Below, piece after piece: positions 1 through 9,993 of a stretch of DNA of 64,000 bases; the stretch's first letter is position 1; each line of letters begins with the position of its first letter. The translations under genes were made by a program, and so were the position numbers. Source of the stretch: an uncultured delta proteobacterium (lineage in GTDB: Bacteria; Myxococcota_A; UBA9160; UBA4427); assembly GCA_963822965.1 (NCBI GenBank), contig CAWGJT010000014.1, forward strand, positions 256,001 through 320,000. Reading direction: 5' to 3'. The notes below the pieces were generated by a model. That model saw nothing but the letters and a program-made list of their open reading frames with translations. It made no database searches and was not told the DNA's origin.

Positions 1-609
1 CGCGGCGACTTCTACACCCACACGCTGATGACGCCCATGTTCACGCCGACGAACAATCCCCACGGCGCGCCGCCCGTGGTGCTGGCGGCGGTGGGGCCGA
101 AGATGACCGAGGTGGCGGGCGAGGTGGCCGACGGGATGATCGTGCACGCGTTCACCACGGCGCGCTACCTGAAGGAGGTGACCCTGCCGGCGGTCGAGCG
201 CGGCCTCGCGAAAGGGGGACGCTCGCGCAAGCAGTTCCAGGTCTGCTACCCGCCCTTCGTGGTGACCGGCAAGGACGAGAAGGAGTGGGAGGCGGCGCGC
301 TCGGGCGTCGCGAAGCAGCTCGCCTTCTACGGCTCGACGCCGGCCTATCGAGGCGTGCTCGAGCTGCACGGCTGGGGCGAGCTGCAGACCGAGCTCAACC
401 GGCTCTCGAAGCAGGGCGAGTGGGACGCCATGGGCGAGCGGATCGGCGACGACATGCTCGAGGAGTTCGCCGTCGTGTGTGAGCCCGCGGCCGTGGCTTC
501 CACCCTCAAGGCCCGCTTCGGCGGTCTCGTGGATCGGGTCCTGTGCACCTTCCCGTTCGCCAGCGACGCCGAACGGGCCGAGTATCTCGAAGAGCTGCGC
601 GCGGTCTGA
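1..609 (+). CDS. LLM-class (luciferase-like) F420-dependent oxidoreductase, TIGR03617-like; 5' partial
   Basis: Open frame from the window edge; motifs 'LAAVGPKMTEVAGEVADG..VH' and 'QLAFYGSTPAYRGVL' are typical of this LLM subfamily. Confidence 0.8.
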   Translation, partial: RGDFYTHTLMTPMFTPTNNPHGAPPVVLAAVGPKMTEVAGEVADGMIVHAFTTARYLKEVTLPAVERGLAKGGRSRKQFQVCYPPFVVTGKDEKEWEAARSGVAKQLAFYGSTPAYRGVLELHGWGELQTELNRLSKQGEWDAMGERIGDDMLEEFAVVCEPAAVASTLKARFGGLVDRVLCTFPFASDAERAEYLEELRAV

Positions 610-629
610 ACCGGCGCCGGGAGTCCCCC

Positions 630-1784
630 TTGTCCAATGCTTCCAGCGATCTCTACGGCACGCCCGAGCACGAGCTCTTCCGCGAGAGCGTGCGGAAGTT
701 CGTCGAGCAGGAGCTTCGACCGCGCGCGCGCGAGTTCGACGCCCTGGGCCGCATCGACAAGAGCCTCTACAAGCAGATGGGCGACCTCGGCATGCTCGGG
801 CTCCGCTACGACCCCGCCTACGGCGGCGCCGGCCTCGACTGGTCGTTCACGGCGGTGCTCTTCGAGGAGCTCGGTCGCGCCGACAACGCCGGCGTCACCA
901 TGGGCATCAGCGTGCAGACCGACATGGCGACGCCCTCCCTGGCCGAGTTCGGAAGCGAGGAGCTGAAGCAGCGCTACCTCGCGCCGGCGATCGCGGGCGA
1001 GATGGTGGCGGCCATCGCGGTCACCGAGCCCGACGCCGGCTCCGACGTCGCGGGCATCAAGACCCGGGCGGTGCGCGACGGCGACGAGTGGGTGATCAAC
1101 GGCTCGAAGATCTACATCACGAACGCCGCCACGGCCGACTGGCTGTGCCTGCTGGCGGTCACCGACCCCGACGCGGGCTACGGCGGCTTCTCGCAGATCG
1201 TCGTGCCCACGGACGTTCCGGGCTTCCGCTACACGCTGCTGGACAAGATCGGCAATTGGGGCTCGGACACCGGCCAGCTCTTCTTCGAGGACGTGCGGGT
1301 GCCCGTCGCGAACACCATCGGCGAGATCGGCCGCGGCTTCCACCAGCAGATGATGCAGTTCCAGGACGAGCGTCTGGTCGCCTGCGTGAGCACCCTGGCG
1401 GGGTCGCTCCACCTGTGGGAGGAGACGAAGCGCTGGTGCGAGGAGCGCGTCCTCTTCGGCAAGCCGCTCTCGAAGATGCAGAACACCCAGTTCAAGATGG
1501 TGGAGCTGCTCACCCAGATCACGGCGGCCCGCGAGCTGACGAACGCCTGCGTGCGTCAGCGCGTCGCGGGCGCCGACGCTACGCAGCTGATCTCGATGGC
1601 GAAGCTCTTCTGCTGCCGGGTGGCGCGCCAGGTGGCCGACGAGTGCATCCAGCTGCACGGCGGCTACGGCTACATGAAGGAGAGCATGGCCGGGCGCGCC
1701 TTCGTCGACACGCGCCTCGTCAGCATCGGCGGCGGCTCGGACGAGACGATGCTCCACTACCTCGCCAAGCAGCTGGGCTTCTAG
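630..1784 (+). CDS. acyl-CoA dehydrogenase
   Basis: 'AVTEPDAGSDV', 'NGSKIYIT', 'QLHGGYGY', 'IGGGSDE' motifs; in-frame TTG at 630 with GGAG upstream (ORF-track start 543 overlaps the previous gene). Confidence 0.92.
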   Translation: MSNASSDLYGTPEHELFRESVRKFVEQELRPRAREFDALGRIDKSLYKQMGDLGMLGLRYDPAYGGAGLDWSFTAVLFEELGRADNAGVTMGISVQTDMATPSLAEFGSEELKQRYLAPAIAGEMVAAIAVTEPDAGSDVAGIKTRAVRDGDEWVINGSKIYITNAATADWLCLLAVTDPDAGYGGFSQIVVPTDVPGFRYTLLDKIGNWGSDTGQLFFEDVRVPVANTIGEIGRGFHQQMMQFQDERLVACVSTLAGSLHLWEETKRWCEERVLFGKPLSKMQNTQFKMVELLTQITAARELTNACVRQRVAGADATQLISMAKLFCCRVARQVADECIQLHGGYGYMKESMAGRAFVDTRLVSIGGGSDETMLHYLAKQLGF

Positions 1785-1840
1785 CGTCGGCCGGCTGGCA
1801 CGCGGGATCGAGAAAGAGAGAAGAGAAGGAAGGAGAAGGG

Positions 1841-2638
1841 ATGCTGCAGGAGAGCCTGGATCTCATGGCGGAGGCCGACGCGCTGCGCGCCTTCCTCGAG
1901 ACCCTCGGCGAGGAGGACTGGAAGCGCCCCACCGGCTTCATGGGCTGGACGCCCTGGGACGTGGTCGCCCACCTCCACTACTTCGACCGCGTGTCCTTGC
2001 TGGCCCTCGAAGACGAGGACGCCTTCGTCGAGAAGCGGGCCGAGCTCGTCCGCAAGCTCGGCGCCGGGCAGGGCAATCGCGAGATCGCCCGGGAGGAGTT
2101 CGGCGACCTCGACGCGAAGGACCTGCTCGGCCGCTGGCACGAGACCTGCCACGAGATGGCGCGGCTGCTGGGCGAATCGGATCCCAAGCGGCGGCTTCCC
2201 TGGTTCGGTCCCGACATGGGCGTGCGGATGTTCACCACCGCCCGCTACATGGAGACCTGGGCGCACGGCCAGGAGATCTACGACCTGCTGGGCGTGCGCC
2301 GGCGCTACGACGACCGCATCAAGAACATCGCCGCGATCGGCATGCGGACCTTCGGCTGGACCTTCGTGAACCGCGGGCTCGAGGTTCCCGGTCCGCCGCC
2401 CTACGTCCGGCTCGAGGCGCCTTCGGGTGCGGTATGGGAGTGGAACGAGCCGAGCGAAGAGGAGCGCATCACGGGGAGCGCGGTGGACTTCTGCCATGTG
2501 GTCACCCAGGGACGCAACGTCGCCGACACGCGCCTCGAGGTGGTGGGCGACATCGCGAATCGCTGGATGTCGATCGCCCAGTGCTTCGCCGGCGGGCCCG
2601 CCGATCCGCCGAAGCCCGGCGAGCGCCGGGGCGCCTGA
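1841..2638 (+). CDS. TIGR03084-like / MDMPI-N (DinB superfamily) metal-binding protein
   Basis: 'GWTPWDVVAHL', 'ARYMETWAHGQ', 'W..IAQCFAGGP' motifs; ATG at 1841 preceded by purine-rich RBS (AAGGAG). Confidence 0.8.
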   Translation: MLQESLDLMAEADALRAFLETLGEEDWKRPTGFMGWTPWDVVAHLHYFDRVSLLALEDEDAFVEKRAELVRKLGAGQGNREIAREEFGDLDAKDLLGRWHETCHEMARLLGESDPKRRLPWFGPDMGVRMFTTARYMETWAHGQEIYDLLGVRRRYDDRIKNIAAIGMRTFGWTFVNRGLEVPGPPPYVRLEAPSGAVWEWNEPSEEERITGSAVDFCHVVTQGRNVADTRLEVVGDIANRWMSIAQCFAGGPADPPKPGERRGA

Positions 2639-2698
2639 GGCGCCCGCCCGGCCCCTTTCGGGAGAGCAGCGAGGAAGGCTGCGAGGAGAGCAAGCCCG

Positions 2699-3901
2699 AT
2701 GGATCTCGAATACGGTGAGAAGTACGAGGCGTTCCGGCGCGAGGTGCGCGCCTTCCTCGACGACCACAAGCACCAGAAGCCCGAGCTCGGGCTGTCCGAG
2801 GGCAAGTCGGCGGACCGCAGTCGCTGGCTCTCGCTGCTGATCGAGCACGGCTACTGGGCCCGCACGATCCCGCAGGGCGTACGGCGGCTACGGCGCCGAG
2901 CCGGACCTGCTCGAGACCGTGATCATGGACGAGGAGTTCAACCGCGCCGGCGTGCCCCGCGGCATGATGGCCCAGGGGCCGTCGATGCTGGTGCCCACGC
3001 TTGCTGCAGCACGGAACCGAGGAGCAGAAGAAGCGCTGGATCGGGCCGACCATGCGCGGCGAGGTCATCTGGTGCCAGGGCTATTCGGAGCCCGGTGCGG
3101 GCAGCGATCTCGCCAGCCTGCAGACGGCGGCGCGGGAGGACGGCGACGACTTCGTCATCAACGGCCAGAAGATCTGGACGAGCACCGCCGACAAGGCGCA
3201 GATGATGTTCCTGCTCGTGCGCACGGAGCCCGAAGCCAAGAAGCACGAGGGCATCTCCTATCTGCTGGTGCCCATGGACACCCCGGGCCTCGAGGTGCAG
3301 CCCCTCCGCACGATGGCCGGCGACATCGGGGAGAATTCGTTCAACCAGGTCTTCTTCACGGACGCTCGCGTGCCCATGGCGAATCTCGTCGGCCGTCGCG
3401 GCGAGGGGTGGAAGATCGCCAACACCACCCTCAAGCACGAGCGCAACAGCCTCAACGCCAACGCCGAGGGCCTGCTGCTGCGGCTGATGAGGCTGATGCG
3501 CGAAGAGACCGTGAACGGCGTGCCCGCCATGGCGAGCCCCGTCTACCGCGACCGCCTGATGCGGCTCCAGGGCCGCGTGCTCGCCATGAAGCACCACGCG
3601 CATGCGGGTGCTCACGGCGAGCCTGAAGAACGAGTCGCCGGGGGTGGCGGGCCTGGTGGTGAAGCTCCAGAACTGCCAGCTCAACTTCGACATGGCGTCC
3701 CTCGCCATCGACGTCATGGGCGAGCTCGGCGCGCTCTACGAGCACTCGAAGTACGAGCGGGACCGCGGCTTCTGGCAGGCACACTCGATGTTCTCCCTCG
3801 GGCTCATCATCGGGGGCGGCACCGCGCAGATCCAGAAGAACATCATCGCCGAGCGCGGGCTCGGCATGCCGCGCGAGCCGAAGGCCGCGACGGCCTCCTG
3901 A
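2699..3901 (+). CDS. acyl-CoA dehydrogenase (FadE-type), frameshifted near ~2875, ~3000, ~3600
   Basis: Pieces in ORFs 2699, 2919, 3001 and 3602 join into one ACAD: 'WCQGYSEPGAGSDLASL', 'NGQKIWTS', 'IGGGTAQIQKNIIAERGLGMPR'. Confidence 0.85.
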
Positions 3902-3948
3902 CCCGGCACGGGCGGCGGCCGCACCCGCGAAGAGAAGGAAGGGCAAGC

Positions 3949-5037
3949 ATGGATTTCGGCCTCTCGGAAGACCAGCAGCTCCTGGAGCAGACCGTCCGCG
4001 AGCTTCCTCGCGGAGGAGGTTCCGATCACCCGGGTGCGAGAGCTGCGCGGCGCTGCGTGCCCCAACGACCGGGCCATCTGGAGCGCCCTCGCCGAGCTCG
4101 GGGTGACGGGTGTGCTCGTCCCCGAAGCCCAGGGAGGCAGCGATCTCAGCCTGCTCGACGCCGCTCTGGTCGCCTGGTCGCTGGGCCATGCGGTCACGCC
4201 GACGGCCTTCCTGGCGTCGGGCGTGATGGCGCCGGTCGCGCTGCGGGCGGTGGGCGGCGCCGAAGCCGAGGCCTGGCTGGGCGGCATCGCGACGGGCGAG
4301 CTCGTGGTCGCGGTCGCGGCGACCGAGACCTTCTCGGTCCGGGAGGACGCGGGCGTCGTCCTCGAGAACGGTCGGCTGCGAGGCCGCGCGATGATGGCCC
4401 TCGACGCCTGCGGGGCAGACCTCGTGCTGGTCGCCCTTCCCGACGAGCGGCTGGCCGTCGTGCGCGGCGGCGCGGCCGGGGCTCGCCACCACGCGGCTCC
4501 GGACCATCGACGCCACGCGCTGCACGGCCGAGCTCGAGCTCGACGGCGTCCTGCCCGAGATCGTCTACGAGAACGCGGGCACGGCCGTCGAGCGCATGCT
4601 CGATGCGGGACGCATCGCGCTGGCGGCGGACACGCTGGGCGCCTGCGAGTCGATGATCGAGCAGGCCGTCGTCTACGCGGGCCAGCGCAAGCAGTTCGGC
4701 CGCGTCGATCGGCTCGTTCCAGGCGGTCAAGCACATGTGCGCCGAGATGGTGGCGGACTTCGAGCCCGCGCGGTCGCTGCTCTGGTACGCCGCGCACGCC
4801 TTCGACGCGCTTCCCGGCGAGGCACCGCTGCTGGCCTGCCACGTGCTGGCCCACGTGTCCGAGATCGGCCGCGAGATCGCCAGCGTCGCCACCCAGGTGC
4901 ACGGCGGCATCGGCTGGACCGACGAGCAGAACCTGCACTTCTGGTTCAAGCGGATCGGCGCGGCGCGCCATCTGCTGGGCGGGCCCGAGTGGCTTCGCGG
5001 TCGCGCGGCCGTGCTGCAGGGATTGACCGCCGCCTGA
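3949..5037 (+). CDS. acyl-CoA dehydrogenase (likely partner subunit), frameshifted near ~4000, ~4465, ~4705
   Basis: 'MDFGLSEDQQLL', 'RKQFGR.IGSFQAVKH', 'QVHGGIGWT' spread over consecutive frames; tandem with the previous ACAD as in alpha2beta2 FadE pairs. Confidence 0.8.
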
Positions 5038-5111
5038 GCGGCGGCTCCCCGGGCCGGCGTCCCGTACCGCACGCGCGGCCTTCGGGAGCCCTCGGGAGAG
5101 AGGAGAATCGA

Positions 5112-6230
5112 ATGAGGACGAAGCTCGCGAAGGAGATGGGGCTCGAGTTCCCCATCTTCGCGTTCACCCATTGTCGCGACGTGGCGGCCGCGGTCTCGAA
5201 GGCCGGCGGTCTCGGCGTGCTGGGGGTGGCGGGACACTCGCCCGACAACCTGCGCATGGAGCTCGAGTGGATCGAGAAGGAGGTCGGCGGCAAGCCGTAC
5301 GGGGTCGACCTGCTGCTGCCGGCCAAGTTCGTCGGCAGCGACCGCGGCGGCTTCGACGAGGCGCAGCTCGACGAGCGCATTCCCGCGGAGCATCGCCGCT
5401 TCGTCGACGAGCTGCTCGATCGCCACGGGGTGCCCTCGCTGCCCGAAGGCACGAAGCTGCGACCCGAGTTCAGCGTCGGCTACGAGAAGCAGCGCGACGT
5501 GATCGAGCTGGCCTTCGAGCACCGCATCAGCCTGATCGCGAGCGCCCTCGGCCCGCCGCCGGAGTGGATGATCGAGCAGGGCCGCGCGAAGGGCGTGAAG
5601 GTGGCCGCGCTGGCCGGCACCGTCGAGCACGCCCGCCGGCACGTGGCGGCCGGCGTCGACATCGTCGTCGCTCAGGGCTACGAGGCGGGCGGACACACGG
5701 GCCAGGTCTCGACGATGGTGCTCGTCCCCGAGGTGGTCGACGCCGTCGACCCGGTGCCCGTGCTGGCGGCCGGCGGCATCGGCGACGGCCGCCAGGTCAC
5801 CGCGGCCCTCGCCCTCGGCGCCCAGGGCGTGTGGATGGGCTCCATCTGGCTCACCACCGAGGAGGCCGAGACGCATCCGGTGGTGAAGCAGAAGTTCCTG
5901 CAGGCCACGTCCAGCGACACGGTCCGCAGCCGCTCGCTCACCGGCAAGCCCGCGCGCCAGCTTCGCAGCGCCTGGACCGACGCCTGGGACGATCCGTCGA
6001 ACCCCCAGCCACTGCCGATGCCGTTGCAGCCTCGGCTCGTGCGCGAGGCCCAGGAGCGCATCCGGCGCTACGCCCACAAGTCGCCCGGGGCGGAGCAGCT
6101 GGCGAACTACTTCGTGGGCCAGATCGTGGGCCGCATGAACCACGTGAAGTCCGTGCGCACGGTGATGGAAGAGCTCGCCCATGGCTACGTGGACACCATG
6201 GCGCGCCTGGACGAGCTGGCCGAGGAGTAG
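5112..6230 (+). CDS. nitronate monooxygenase / FabK-like flavin-dependent oxidoreductase
   Basis: 'AQGYEAGGHTG', 'VLAAGGIGDGRQ..AALALGAQGVWMGS'; ATG 5112 with GAGGAG RBS. Confidence 0.88.
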   Translation: MRTKLAKEMGLEFPIFAFTHCRDVAAAVSKAGGLGVLGVAGHSPDNLRMELEWIEKEVGGKPYGVDLLLPAKFVGSDRGGFDEAQLDERIPAEHRRFVDELLDRHGVPSLPEGTKLRPEFSVGYEKQRDVIELAFEHRISLIASALGPPPEWMIEQGRAKGVKVAALAGTVEHARRHVAAGVDIVVAQGYEAGGHTGQVSTMVLVPEVVDAVDPVPVLAAGGIGDGRQVTAALALGAQGVWMGSIWLTTEEAETHPVVKQKFLQATSSDTVRSRSLTGKPARQLRSAWTDAWDDPSNPQPLPMPLQPRLVREAQERIRRYAHKSPGAEQLANYFVGQIVGRMNHVKSVRTVMEELAHGYVDTMARLDELAEE

Positions 6231-6312
6231 CCGCGAAGAGAGTCGCCCCGGGCGGGGACCGCTTCAGCCGCCCCGCCGGCGGGTCGATAGACCCGGCGGG
6301 GGGACTCTCGTC

Positions 6313-7101
6313 ATGCAGCTCGCCCAGAGCTTCCACCTTCTGGCCACTCTGGTCTTCGTGCTCGGATCGGCGGTGGTCTCGACCCGGCTGATCCTGTTGG
6401 CGCGCCGGACCCGCCAGCAGCCGGAGCTCTTCCTCGGCCTCGCCATCCTCGGGAGCGCGGTCCTGGGCTATGGCACGCTGATCGTCGCGCTGATCGTCCG
6501 GGGCGGCGTGGGTGTGACCGACCCGGCGAGCGTCCCGGCCCTGGCCGTCGGGCTCTCGGCCGTCGGGAAGACCCTGCACGACGTGGGGGTCACGTTCTTC
6601 CTCCTCTTCATCGTACGCGTCTTCCATCCCGGGGAGCGTTGGGCCCACGCGCTGGCGGGGGCCGCCATGGCCCTGGTCTGGGGCGGGCTCGGCTGGCAGG
6701 CCGCCCACGGCTCGTTCCGTGTCGAGACCGTGGGGAGCGTCGCCTGGACGTGCGAGTACCTGGTGATCTGGAGCTACCCGGTGTGGATGGCCGTCGAGTC
6801 GTTCCACTACTGGACACTGATGCGCCGGCGCCGGGCACTGGGCTTCGCGGACCCGATGGTGGTGAACCGATTCGGGTTGTGGGGCGTCGGCTCGGTCTTC
6901 TCGGCCCTCGCGATCTGGACGGCGAGCGTGCCCTACGCGCTGATGGACGCCCCGGAGCTGTCGGCGAGCGTCTCTCCCGCCGTCTTCGTCCTGACGGCCA
7001 TCGCCGGCGTCGCGAGCGTCTCGTGCTCGTACCTGGCCTTCCTGCCGCCCGCCTGGTACGCGCGGCGGGTCGAGGCGCAGGCCGCGCATTCCGCTGGATA
7101 A
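6313..7101 (+). CDS. multi-pass (about 7 TM) membrane protein of unknown function
   Basis: Alternating hydrophobic segments, GC3-biased codons, ATG 6313. Confidence 0.65.
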   Translation: MQLAQSFHLLATLVFVLGSAVVSTRLILLARRTRQQPELFLGLAILGSAVLGYGTLIVALIVRGGVGVTDPASVPALAVGLSAVGKTLHDVGVTFFLLFIVRVFHPGERWAHALAGAAMALVWGGLGWQAAHGSFRVETVGSVAWTCEYLVIWSYPVWMAVESFHYWTLMRRRRALGFADPMVVNRFGLWGVGSVFSALAIWTASVPYALMDAPELSASVSPAVFVLTAIAGVASVSCSYLAFLPPAWYARRVEAQAAHSAG

Positions 7102-7309
7102 CGGATCGATCCTCGCCTGTCGGGGTCGACGTGTTCGAGCGCACGCCGCGAACCGCGGCCGAGGTCGGCTCACCCGTCCCCTCCCGTAGCGGCTTCGACG
7201 GGGGGCTTCGACGCGTGGGACGGCACGCCTCCCAACCCGTGAGAAGTTTGCGTCGACCGCAGGATCCTCTCGGCGATCCGCGCGGTCCCACCGCAGGCGC
7301 CGCGGGGCA

Positions 7310-7323
7310 TTCGCCACGATCAA
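7310..7323. promoter_or_regulatory. possible degenerate FNR/DNR/NnrR-type box upstream of the nor operon
   Basis: TTCGC-CACG-ATCAA: one perfect half-site of TTGAT-N4-ATCAA, about 105 bp upstream of the first operon ORF. Confidence 0.25.
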
Positions 7324-7428
7324 GGTGAGCCTTCCGTGCTCGCCACGACGGTTCGAAATCGACGGGGAGTTGGCGTAGGGTTCTGGCGCGGGCTGCGTCC
7401 AACCCCGTGGTATCTCGGAGGACCGTCG

Positions 7429-7569
7429 ATGGCGCGGATTCCGTCTCCTTCCAGGCCCGCACCCATCTGGCTTCGCGTGCTCGCTGGTGCGGTGATCGCG
7501 CTGATGGTCGCCGCGCTCGGCTATGCGGTCGCGATCGGAGTGGCCAACTTCTCGCAGATCGGAGTCTGA
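7429..7569 (+). CDS. small single-TM membrane protein (46 aa) heading the nor operon
   Basis: GGAGG RBS at 7417-7421, ATG 7429, one hydrophobic helix, ends '...NFSQIGV'. Confidence 0.65.
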   Translation: MARIPSPSRPAPIWLRVLAGAVIALMVAALGYAVAIGVANFSQIGV

Positions 7570-7571
7570 CC

Positions 7572-7799
7572 GTGGAGGACCGCACGGAGACCGGAATCGT
7601 CCTGCTCGTGCTCGCCGCCGCGGCTCTCGTGCTCGCCGCCCCCGTCGCGGGACGCGCCGGGGCACCGATGCTCGCGGACCTCGTCATGGGCCTGGCCGCG
7701 ATGTGCGGTCTCGCCGCATTCGGCATTGCCGGCGCCCACACGCTGCGTGCCGCCCGCCGCGGCTCTCGCGCGCGTGGCGAAGGGGGCGAGCCGCGATGA
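7572..7799 (+). CDS. small 2-TM membrane protein (75 aa) in the nor operon
   Basis: GTG 7572, 2 nt after the previous stop; its stop overlaps the norC start (ATGA); two hydrophobic segments. Confidence 0.55.
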   Translation: MEDRTETGIVLLVLAAAALVLAAPVAGRAGAPMLADLVMGLAAMCGLAAFGIAGAHTLRAARRGSRARGEGGEPR

Positions 7800-8608
7800 C
7801 CAAGGCGACGACTCGGCGCTTCTTCTGGGGCGGAACCGTGCTGTTCACCGCCGTCTTCGTCGGGTTGACGGTGCAGACCCACACGACGATCGCGAAGCGA
7901 ACGCATGCCGACGCACTGACGACGGAGGTGAGTCGCGGCCTGGCGGTGTGGGGCCACTACAACTGCGAGAACTGCCACACACTGCTCGGTGAGGGAGCCT
8001 ACTTCGCGCCGGACCTGACCCAGATCGTGGAGCAGCGCGGGCGCGGCTACCTCGCCCAGTTCCTCCAGGATCCCTCGCGCTTCTACTCCGAAGAGCGCGA
8101 CGGCCGGCTGATGCCCACGCTCGGCCTCTCCCAGCAGGAGATCTCGGACGTGATCGACTTTCTCGGCTGGGTGGGCAACATCGACACGAACGGCTGGCCT
8201 CCCCGGCCGATCCTGGTGGCCGGCGTGGCGGTGCGCGGGCTTCCCGGCGTGTCGGGGACGGAGGACACCGGGGACCCGGTCCAGCGCGGGAAGGCGCTCT
8301 TCAACGGTGCCGCGGCGTGCGCCGGCTGCCACTCGACGGCGCCGGGTCTCACGCTGGTGGGCCCCTCGCTCGACGGAGTCGCCGCGCGGGCGGTCGAGCG
8401 GATCGCGTCGTCCGGCTATCACGGCTCCGCCCACGACGCAGAGGCCTACCTGCGCGAGTCGATCCTCGAGCCGAGCGCCTACGCGGTCCCCGACAGCCCG
8501 ATTTTCGCCGGGCCGAACGGACAGTCGCTGATGCCGGCCGATTACGGCCAGCGTCTCACGCCGCAGCAGGTGAATGACCTCGTCGCCTACCTCACGACGC
8601 TCCGCTAG
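7796..8608 (+). CDS. norC: nitric oxide reductase cytochrome c subunit, di-heme form
   Basis: N-terminal TM anchor, 'CENCHTLLGEGAYFAPDL' NorC signature, second CxxCH (CAGCH) domain; directly upstream of norB. Confidence 0.9.
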   Translation: MTKATTRRFFWGGTVLFTAVFVGLTVQTHTTIAKRTHADALTTEVSRGLAVWGHYNCENCHTLLGEGAYFAPDLTQIVEQRGRGYLAQFLQDPSRFYSEERDGRLMPTLGLSQQEISDVIDFLGWVGNIDTNGWPPRPILVAGVAVRGLPGVSGTEDTGDPVQRGKALFNGAAACAGCHSTAPGLTLVGPSLDGVAARAVERIASSGYHGSAHDAEAYLRESILEPSAYAVPDSPIFAGPNGQSLMPADYGQRLTPQQVNDLVAYLTTLR

Positions 8609-8625
8609 CGGAGCCCGGAGAGCTC

Positions 8626-9993
8626 ATGACCTACCGATCCCAGCGCATCGCGTGGTGGTACTTTCTGGCTGCGCTGCTGCTCTTCGTGCTCCAGGTGGCC
8701 TTCGGCTTCCTGAGCCTGGCGAAATACCTGGGCCCGGATCCTCTGCGAGACGTGATGAACTTCGCCACCGCCAAGGAGATCCACACGAATCTGCTCCTCG
8801 TGTGGATCTTGACCGGGTTCATGGGGGCGGCCTACTGGATCGTGCCCGAGGAGTCGCGCACCGAGATCCACAGCGAGAAGCTCGCGGTCTTCCAGCTGCT
8901 GCTCTGGCTCGGCATCGGGGTGACGACCATCGCGGGCTATCTGCTCGGAATCACCACCGGACGGAAGCTCCTGGAGATGCCCTTCCCGCTGAAGGTGGGT
9001 GTCGTCGTGGTCATGCTCGTCTTCCTCTACAACCTCGCGATGACGATGCGCCGCGCGGGACGCGTGACGACCACGGAGGGCGTGATGATCGGCGGGCTGG
9101 TGGGCGCCGCGCTGCTCTTCCTCCCCGGTCTCATCCACTTCGACAACTACACGCTCGATCGCTTCTACCGTTGGTGGGTCGTGCACCTGTGGGTCGAGGG
9201 CGTGTGGGAGCTCATCATGGGTGGGATGCTCGCGTTCCTGCTGATCCGGCTCTCGGGCGCCGACCGCGAGGTGCTCGAGAAGTGGCTCTACGTGATCGTG
9301 GGACTGACCTTCCTCTCGGGAATCCTGGGCACGGGACACCACTACTACTGGATCGGCGTTCCCGCCTACTGGCTCTGGGTGGGCGGGATCTTCTCGGCTC
9401 TCGAGCCCCTCGCCTTCCTGGCCATGGCCGTCTACGCCTACACGCTCATGAAGCGCTCGGGGCTCTCGCATCCCAACTCGCTGGCGCTCCACTGGACGAT
9501 CGGCGCGGTGATCTTCTCGGCGATCGGCGCCGGCATCCTCGGGCTCGCGCACACGTGGCCGCAGGTGAACCGCTGGACCCACGGCACGCACATCACGACG
9601 ATGCACGGCCACATGGCCTTCTTCGGCGCGTACGCGATGATCAACCTCGCGATCATCACCTACGCCGTTCCCGCCCTGACGGGCCGGAGCGAAGAGGAGA
9701 CCCAGACACAGACCGGCCTCTTGGCCTTCTGGCTCATGGTCGGCGGCATGTTCGGGATGACGATGGCGATCGGCGCCGCCGGCCTGACGCAGACCTATCT
9801 CGAACGCATCCTGGGCGTCGGCTACCTGGAGACCCAGCGGAAGATCCAGGTGCACTACCTGATGTGGCTCGCGACCGGCGTGCTCTTCTCGTCGGGCGTG
9901 GCCGCCTACGTCTGGGACTTCGTGCGAGCCGGGCTGCCGCGCTCCACGCCCGGTGTCGAGACGGTGCCGGCGTCGGGCGACGCCACGGCGTGA
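8626..9993 (+). CDS. norB: nitric oxide reductase large subunit (cNor, heme-copper oxidase superfamily)
   Basis: 455 aa; 'HTNL', 'WWVVHLWVEGVWEL', 'GTGHHYYW', 'SALEP', 'HGHMAFFGAY'. Confidence 0.96.
   Translation: MTYRSQRIAWWYFLAALLLFVLQVAFGFLSLAKYLGPDPLRDVMNFATAKEIHTNLLLVWILTGFMGAAYWIVPEESRTEIHSEKLAVFQLLLWLGIGVTTIAGYLLGITTGRKLLEMPFPLKVGVVVVMLVFLYNLAMTMRRAGRVTTTEGVMIGGLVGAALLFLPGLIHFDNYTLDRFYRWWVVHLWVEGVWELIMGGMLAFLLIRLSGADREVLEKWLYVIVGLTFLSGILGTGHHYYWIGVPAYWLWVGGIFSALEPLAFLAMAVYAYTLMKRSGLSHPNSLALHWTIGAVIFSAIGAGILGLAHTWPQVNRWTHGTHITTMHGHMAFFGAYAMINLAIITYAVPALTGRSEEETQTQTGLLAFWLMVGGMFGMTMAIGAAGLTQTYLERILGVGYLETQRKIQVHYLMWLATGVLFSSGVAAYVWDFVRAGLPRSTPGVETVPASGDATA

Noticed and set aside
479..2638. 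719-aa ORF suggesting a large fusion protein
   Set aside because: Only the part from ATG 1841 (with RBS) is protein-like; the upstream part is an off-frame read of the acyl-CoA dehydrogenase.
4596..6230. Apparent ACAD-nitronate monooxygenase fusion
   Set aside because: Artefact of a frameshift in the ACAD; the ACAD ends at 5037 and the second gene has its own RBS and ATG at 5112.
7191..7213. Direct repeat GGCTTCGACG x2 and TGCG-N5-CGCA (near 7249) in the nor upstream region
   Set aside because: Short, GC-rich, only two copies, and spacing does not fit an NnrR box; plausible by chance.
7371..7400. Sigma-54 promoter for the nor operon (TGGCG... motifs)
   Set aside because: GG-to-GC spacing is not 10 nt for either candidate.
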